In this document: piece by piece, positions 58,203 to 64,000 of the stretch
How the letters are laid out: every line of letters starts with the position of its first letter
Position numbering within the stretch: the stretch's first letter is position 1
Source: Candidatus Omnitrophota bacterium
GTDB taxonomy: Bacteria > Omnitrophota > Gorgyraeia > 2-02-FULL-51-18 > JAGOUK01
Assembly (NCBI GenBank): GCA_047639455.1
Contig: JBLINS010000001.1
Coordinates: 179-64,178 of the forward strand
Length of the DNA: 64,000 nt
Direction of reading: 5' to 3'
Position numbers and translations under genes: made by a program
The notes under the pieces: model-generated
The model's input: only the letters and a program-made list of their open reading frames with translations
What the model was told of the DNA's origin: nothing
Database searches by the model: none

Positions 58203-61200
58203 TTAGTACGCGAGGTTGGGTCGGAGCCATTTTTCGGCTTGGGGGATGGTCATGCCTTTGCGTTTGGCATAATCTTCGACTTGGTCTTTTTGGATTCGGC
58301 CTAGGCTAAAATAAACGCTTTCGGGATGGGCAAAGTATAGACCGCTAACTGATGCACCTGGAAACATGGCGGTGCTTTCGGTTAATTTGATCTGAACCTG
58401 TTCTTCTATGTGGCATAGGTCCCACATATGATTTTTTTCGGTGTGATCGGGGCAAGCTGGATATCCGGGTGCTGGACGTATGCCGCGATATTTGCAAGAA
58501 ATGAGTTCTTCATTACTCAAACTTTCATTCGGACTAAAACCCCAGAATTCATTGCGCACGCGCTCATGCATATGTTCAGCTAAGGCTTCGGCCAAACGAT
58601 CTGCAATTGCTTTGACCATAATGCTGCGATAGTCATCATGCTCGGCATCGTATTGAGCCGCTAAAGCTTCCGCTCCCATGCCAGCAGTCACAGCAAAGAC
58701 ACCAATGTAATCTTTGACACCAGAATCTTTAGGTGCAATAAAATCAGCTTGGGCTAAATAAGGTTTGGCATTAGTTTTGAGCGCTTGCTGTCTAAGTGAA
58801 TGTAAGGTGCTAATCACTTCTTGTCTAGTGTCGTCAGCATAAATTTCTATGTCATCACCAATGCTATTGGCTGGGTATAAACCAATAATAGCATTGGCTT
58901 GAAGCTGTTTTTTGGCAATGATTTCTTTGAGCATGGTCTTAGCATCATTGAATAATTTGGTCGCCTCTACACCGAGTTTAGGATCGGTGAGGATATTGGG
59001 GTATTTAGCTTTCATTTCCCAAGTGAGGAAGAAAGGTGACCAGTCAATTCGCTGGGTTAAGGCTTCCAAGTCATAATCAATGAATGTTTTGGTGCCTAAA
59101 AAAGACGGCTTGGTGATGGATACTTTGGACCAATCAGATTGCATGCCTTTTTGTCGCGCATTTTGAATAGATTCATAAGGAATTTTGCCTGAGCGACTAG
59201 CATGTAAGTCTCTTAATTCTTGGTATTGCAAATGAATGTCTTTGATTAGGTCTGCTTTTTTGACCGGATCCATGAGTTGGCTACACACGCCCACACTTCG
59301 TGAAGCATCTTTAACATGAATGGTGATGTCACGCGTGTATGTTGGTTGAATTTTGACAGCTGTGTGATTTCGGGATGTGGTAGCCCCTCCGATTAAGAGG
59401 GGGACATTAAAGCCTTGGCGCTCCATTTCCGAAGCCACCGTAACCATTTCATCTAAAGACGGCGTGATGAGGCCACTTAAGCCAATAATATCAGCATTAT
59501 GTTCTTTGGCGGCTTTGAGTATTTTGTCATATGACACCATGACACCCAAATCAATGATCTTAAAATTATTACAAGCCAAGACCACGCCCACAATATTTTT
59601 GCCTATATCATGCACATCACCCTTAACCGTGGCCATGATGATGACGCCCGCACCCTTGTTATCACCTTTAGCTTTGCCGGCTTCAATGAAGGGGTTGAGA
59701 TAGGCCACAGCCTTTTTCATGACTCTGGCACTCTTAACGACTTGAGGTAAGAACATCTTGCCATCACCGAATAAGTCTCCAACCACATTCATGCCATCCA
59801 TTAAGGGGCCTTCAATCACATCGATTGGGCGCGTAGCACTTTGACGCGCTTCTTCTGTATCGGCTTCAATATATTCAGTGATGCCTTTGACTAGGGCATG
59901 CTCTAAGCGTTTATTGGCACTTTGTTCACGCCAGCTTAAGTCATCCACTATTTTTTTGCCTTCGGACTTATAACTTTCGGCAAAGTCGATTAATGCTTCG
60001 GTGGCATTGGGATTGCGATTGAGAATCACATCTTCGACTTTGACTAATAAATCGGGTGGTATTTGGTCATAGACTTCAATCATGCCAGCATTAACTATGC
60101 CCATATCCAAACCAGCTTTAATAGCATAGTAGAGGAAAACAGAATGCATAGCCTCGCGTAGAGGGTTATTGCCTCTAAAAGAAAAGGATACATTGCTCAC
60201 ACCACCGCTAATACGCGCATAGGGGAGATTAGCTTTGACGAATTTGCAGGCTTCAATAAAGTCGACAGCATAATTATTGTGTTCCTCTATACCTGTGGCT
60301 ACGGCAAAGATATTGAGGTCAAAAATAATGTCTTGAGGCGGGAAGTGAACTTCTTTAGTCAAAATATCATAGGCGCGTTGGCAAATGGCTTGGCGTTTTT
60401 TTAAGTTATCCGCTTGACCGTTTTCGTCAAAGGCCATGACTACAGCCGCGGCACCATAGCGGCGCAGAAGTATGGCGTGTTTTTTAAAAATTTCTTCACC
60501 TTCTTTGAGGCTAATTGAATTGACAACCGACTTGCCTTGGCAACATTGGAGTCCCGCCTCAATCACATCCCATTTGGACGAATCAATCATTATAGGCACG
60601 CGTGCAATATCAGGCTCAGACGCGATTAAGTTTAAGAATTGAACCATAATGGCCTTGGAGTCCAACATAGCCTCGTCCATATTAATATCAATGACTTGGG
60701 CGCCTGCATCGACTTGTTGTCGGGCAACAGTTAAGGCCTCATCTAATAGACCCTCTTTAATTAGACGCGCAAACTTGAGTGAACCGGTGATATTGGTGCG
60801 TTCGCCTATATTCACGAATATAGAATCTTCTTTAATACGCAAAGGCTCCAAGCCACTTAAGGTTGTGTGAATAGGCTTATCAGTTACTTGTCTGGGCGGC
60901 AGGCCTTTGGCAGCTTGAACCATGGCCGCAATATGGCCAGGCGTTGTGCCGCAGCATCCGCCTAAGATATTAATAAAGCCACTATCGGCAAAGTCTTTGA
61001 CGAGTGCCGCCATTTGATCGGGCGTTTGATCATATTCTGCGAATTCATTGGGCAACCCTGCATTGGGATAACAACTAATATGACAATCCGCCAATTTGGA
61101 TAATTCAGAAATATAAGGGCGCATTTCCTCAGCGCCTAAAGCGCAATTCAAACCTATAGACAAAGGCTTGGCATGTTGTAGAGATAACCAAAAGGCTTCT

Positions 61201-61880
61201 GTAGTTTGACCTGAAAGAGTGCGACCACTTGCGTCAGTGATTGTTCCAGAAATCATAACCGGTAGATAATTCTGAGTGTCCGCAGCATATTGGTCAATAG
61301 CAAAAAGGGCGGCCTTTGCATTCAAAGTATCAAATATGGTTTCGACTAAGAGTAAGTCAGAACCACCATCTACAAGACCTTTGATTTGTTCCGTGTATAC
61401 CTCTACTAATTGTTGAAAGGTGACGGCTCGATTGCCTGGGTCATTCACATCTTGCGACATGGAGGCCGTTCGATTAGTGGGCCCTATAGCTCCAGCAACA
61501 AAGCGCGGTGACTTGGGATCTCTAGCTTGCATGGCATCACAAGCGGCGCGGGCGATTTTGGCAGATTCAAAATTAAGTTCATAGACGATTGTTTGCATAG
61601 CATAATCAGCCATACTTATGGCATTAGCGCTAAAGGTATTGGTTTCGACTATATCTGACCCTGATTCCAGATATTCCATGTGAATACTTTGGATAATGTC
61701 GGGTTGGGTTAGGGACAATAAGTCATTATTGCCTTTAAGGTCTTGAGTGTAGTCCTTAAAGCGCTCACCACGATATTCAGCTTCACCGAGTTTGTGGCGC
61801 TGAATCATAGTGCCCATAGCGCCATCTAAGAATACAATTCGTTCTTTGAGTAGTTTATATATAGGATGATTAGAATTCAT
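58203..61880 (-). CDS. metH: B12-dependent methionine synthase
   Basis: [44 protein letters not shown]. Confidence 0.98.
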   Translation of the reverse strand: MNSNHPIYKLLKERIVFLDGAMGTMIQRHKLGEAEYRGERFKDYTQDLKGNNDLLSLTQPDIIQSIHMEYLESGSDIVETNTFSANAISMADYAMQTIVYELNFESAKIARAACDAMQARDPKSPRFVAGAIGPTNRTASMSQDVNDPGNRAVTFQQLVEVYTEQIKGLVDGGSDLLLVETIFDTLNAKAALFAIDQYAADTQNYLPVMISGTITDASGRTLSGQTTEAFWLSLQHAKPLSIGLNCALGAEEMRPYISELSKLADCHISCYPNAGLPNEFAEYDQTPDQMAALVKDFADSGFINILGGCCGTTPGHIAAMVQAAKGLPPRQVTDKPIHTTLSGLEPLRIKEDSIFVNIGERTNITGSLKFARLIKEGLLDEALTVARQQVDAGAQVIDINMDEAMLDSKAIMVQFLNLIASEPDIARVPIMIDSSKWDVIEAGLQCCQGKSVVNSISLKEGEEIFKKHAILLRRYGAAAVVMAFDENGQADNLKKRQAICQRAYDILTKEVHFPPQDIIFDLNIFAVATGIEEHNNYAVDFIEACKFVKANLPYARISGGVSNVSFSFRGNNPLREAMHSVFLYYAIKAGLDMGIVNAGMIEVYDQIPPDLLVKVEDVILNRNPNATEALIDFAESYKSEGKKIVDDLSWREQSANKRLEHALVKGITEYIEADTEEARQSATRPIDVIEGPLMDGMNVVGDLFGDGKMFLPQVVKSARVMKKAVAYLNPFIEAGKAKGDNKGAGVIIMATVKGDVHDIGKNIVGVVLACNNFKIIDLGVMVSYDKILKAAKEHNADIIGLSGLITPSLDEMVTVASEMERQGFNVPLLIGGATTSRNHTAVKIQPTYTRDITIHVKDASRSVGVCSQLMDPVKKADLIKDIHLQYQELRDLHASRSGKIPYESIQNARQKGMQSDWSKVSITKPSFLGTKTFIDYDLEALTQRIDWSPFFLTWEMKAKYPNILTDPKLGVEATKLFNDAKTMLKEIIAKKQLQANAIIGLYPANSIGDDIEIYADDTRQEVISTLHSLRQQALKTNAKPYLAQADFIAPKDSGVKDYIGVFAVTAGMGAEALAAQYDAEHDDYRSIMVKAIADRLAEALAEHMHERVRNEFWGFSPNESLSNEELISCKYRGIRPAPGYPACPDHTEKNHMWDLCHIEEQVQIKLTESTAMFPGASVSGLYFAHPESVYFSLGRIQKDQVEDYAKRKGMTIPQAEKWLRPNLAY

Positions 61881-61971
61881 ATCAAGAAATTATAACAGAT
61901 GTTCTCAATTAGGATGAAATAATGCATAAGAAGTAAGAGGATGATATCTGGTAGGTTGACTAGCAAAAGCC

Positions 61972-62288
61972 TGTACTCACATAATCACTATACCCTCCAT
62001 AATATGATTGTTTAGACTTAATTTCATTGCTACGCATGGATCCAGTTACACGGCTTTATGACGGGCTCCTACCGATATGGTGTGAACATAATTCTGAACA
62101 ACAACACACCATATCTGTGGAGCTGCCTTATTCACAAAATACGTCAACAATCAAAATTATTCCGGATATAGTGATTATGTGAGTACAAAAAAATTAGACA
62201 ATATACAAAAGGTAGAAGATATTAGTTTTTATAAAAAGATAAGGTGGCGCCTATACGCAGCGGGCATCCTGCACCGCTACGGAGTCTA
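61972..62288. mobile_element. Nested long-hairpin element (MITE-like or ncRNA), copy 2
   Basis: Perfect 21-bp terminal IR 61972-61992 / 62167-62187; same downstream motif as copy 1. Confidence 0.6.
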
Positions 62289-62540
62289 TGAAAGAAGAGA
62301 TCCTATAAAGCCTCCGGCTAATGAGTGTAGTCTTTATAATAATGAAACACCTGGATGACTTTTGGGACTCTCTTAAACCTGGCGGTTTAAGATTCGTCAG
62401 TTTAGAAGCGTAGGTTTTTTTTGATGTTAGTTTGGGGGTGCAATGTATTAGGGGGATTTTGGGACGTTTTTTTTGAATTGGTGTAGAGACAGTGAGAAGG
62501 TATAGGCATGTGCAACAAAATAGGCTAAAATAAGTGACTT

Positions 62541-63560
62541 ATGAAATTAGCAACTAGCGAAGATAGCTTTCAAAAGCTTTGTTTATTTATTCTCACAGTA
62601 GTCGCGTCGGCCTTTGCGTTGTATTGGCTGAGGCCTGTGATGATACCCTTTGTATTAGCCATATTTTTTAGCTCTATGCTAACGCCATTACTAGATGCTC
62701 AAAAAAAATACTTACGCTTTCCCAAAGCATTAGCCTTAGTTACTACATTAACCTTGGGTGTATTGATTCTAATCCTCATTTGGCTTGTGATCACGTCGTC
62801 CATTAGTCAAATCGCCCAGAACACAGCTCAATATCAGCAAAAGATAGAAGTATTTTTGAGCAATATTGTTTCTAATGTGCATTTGGAACAATTTGGCATT
62901 GATGTCAAGGCTCTGAGTGGACCAATATTGCGGAATATGGGTGAGAATGCCGGAGCCATGATTCGTACTGTGATTAATGCGATCTTAGGAATTTTTAGCC
63001 AAGGCTTTTTGGTTCTTATCTTTGTTATTTTTTTAGTATTAGGCAAAGCACGTTCACCTAGAATTGTGAATAAAGATTGGCTAGAAGGCGAACGTCGCAT
63101 TAAGCGTTATATTGCGACCAAGTTCATAACATCAGCTTCGACGGGTATTTTGGTGGCTGCGGTATTGAATTTCTTTCAAGTTGATATGGCGACACTATTT
63201 GGTTTATTTGCCTTCATATTGAATTTTATACCGAGTGTTGGATCTATTGTTGCAACGCTTTTGCCTCTGCCAGTTGTCTTAGCTAGCCCCCACTTATCGC
63301 CATTGACAGGTACATTGGCTATAGTTATTCCAGGTGTGATCCAATTCATTATCGGCAATATATTGGAGCCTCAAATTATTGGCGATTTATTGGACTTACA
63401 CCCAGTTACGATCTTGATGGCCTTGATATTTTGGGGTATGATTTGGGGTATTGTTGGGATGTTTTTAGCAGTTCCATTGACAGTTGTGATGCATATAGTT
63501 CTTTCAAGAATATCGCTTACGGTACCGATTGCTAATTTATTAGCTGGCCGCATCGAATAG
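62541..63560 (+). CDS. AI-2E family transporter
   Basis: FILNFIPSVG, GNILEP, LHP, WG..G.FLAVP. Confidence 0.9.
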   Translation: MKLATSEDSFQKLCLFILTVVASAFALYWLRPVMIPFVLAIFFSSMLTPLLDAQKKYLRFPKALALVTTLTLGVLILILIWLVITSSISQIAQNTAQYQQKIEVFLSNIVSNVHLEQFGIDVKALSGPILRNMGENAGAMIRTVINAILGIFSQGFLVLIFVIFLVLGKARSPRIVNKDWLEGERRIKRYIATKFITSASTGILVAAVLNFFQVDMATLFGLFAFILNFIPSVGSIVATLLPLPVVLASPHLSPLTGTLAIVIPGVIQFIIGNILEPQIIGDLLDLHPVTILMALIFWGMIWGIVGMFLAVPLTVVMHIVLSRISLTVPIANLLAGRIE

Positions 63561-63621
63561 CGATATAGACAAAACGAATTACTTTAACTAGAGACACTAT
63601 GAAAATTATAAAGGGTTCTTT

Positions 63622-64000
63622 ATGAAAATAAAATACATAGCTTTATGTCTAGCCGCTCTACTCTTAACCGTGAGCGCAAGTGGTTGGGCTTCTCCGCGAG
63701 ATGAGAATTTGTTTAAGCGCTATCAAGGTAAGGCCGTGAACATTTACATTCAAGATTTTGGCACAGATGTAGATAGTGCAGATTTGGATTTGACTCAATT
63801 ACGTCTTAATTTGGATACAGCATTGAGCGATCGAAAAAGCATTAATTTTACTGTAGTTGACGATGTAGATAGAGCTGATATCATTGTGTCAGCGAGAGTT
63901 ACGGAGTTTTTGTATACTGATGATGATCCGATAGATACATTGATGTCATTACCTATGGCAGCTTATGACGCCATGACAAAAGAGGGTTATTCGCGCTTAC
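63622..64000 (+). CDS. Secreted hypothetical protein, truncated by the window edge
   Basis: MKIKYIALCLAALLLTVSASGWA signal peptide; frame open to the end. Confidence 0.7.
   Translation, partial: MKIKYIALCLAALLLTVSASGWASPRDENLFKRYQGKAVNIYIQDFGTDVDSADLDLTQLRLNLDTALSDRKSINFTVVDDVDRADIIVSARVTEFLYTDDDPIDTLMSLPMAAYDAMTKEGYSRL

Noticed and set aside
61881-61970. SAM or B12 riboswitch upstream of metH
   Set aside because: No consensus is present, and the -10 box sits 8 nt from the ATG, leaving no leader.

Overview
Mostly core-genome window from a bacterium of roughly 40% GC (estimated by eye). Gene content and lineage-typical hypothetical proteins suggest Ca. Omnitrophota (inference). It holds tmRNA, tRNA-Gln(UUG), aroG, pilT, lepB, glpK/glpD, fumC, glgC, bolA-grxD, a long purB-purS-Q-L-F-M-D-E-PTP-rpiB-glyA-nrdR operon, three GT-C glycosyltransferases, hisG, ftsH, ispE, cmoB and a B12 module (BtuM-like transporter, cobalamin riboswitch, btuB, DUF4346, metH). 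No integrase, intact transposase, CRISPR array or cas gene is visible. The most unusual signal is non-coding: (1) a shared, covarying ~64-nt motif plus an acceptor-stem-antisense hairpin behind both tmRNA and tRNA-Gln; (2) two copies of a ~190-215-nt nested hairpin element with many compensatory changes, one followed by a 44-bp tandem array; (3) an orphan terminator/antiterminator leader; (4) a 24-aa tmRNA tag ending in MAI; (5) recurrent leaderless gene starts and strong 5'-to-3' third-codon-position polarity; (6) many CGTC-type palindromic repeats, one apparently inserted in frame in a signal peptide. A passenger-less inverse-autotransporter barrel with a coupled secreted partner, next to a c-di-GMP-riboswitch-controlled secreted protein, is the most interesting protein module. 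All family calls come from motif recognition by eye, without database searches.
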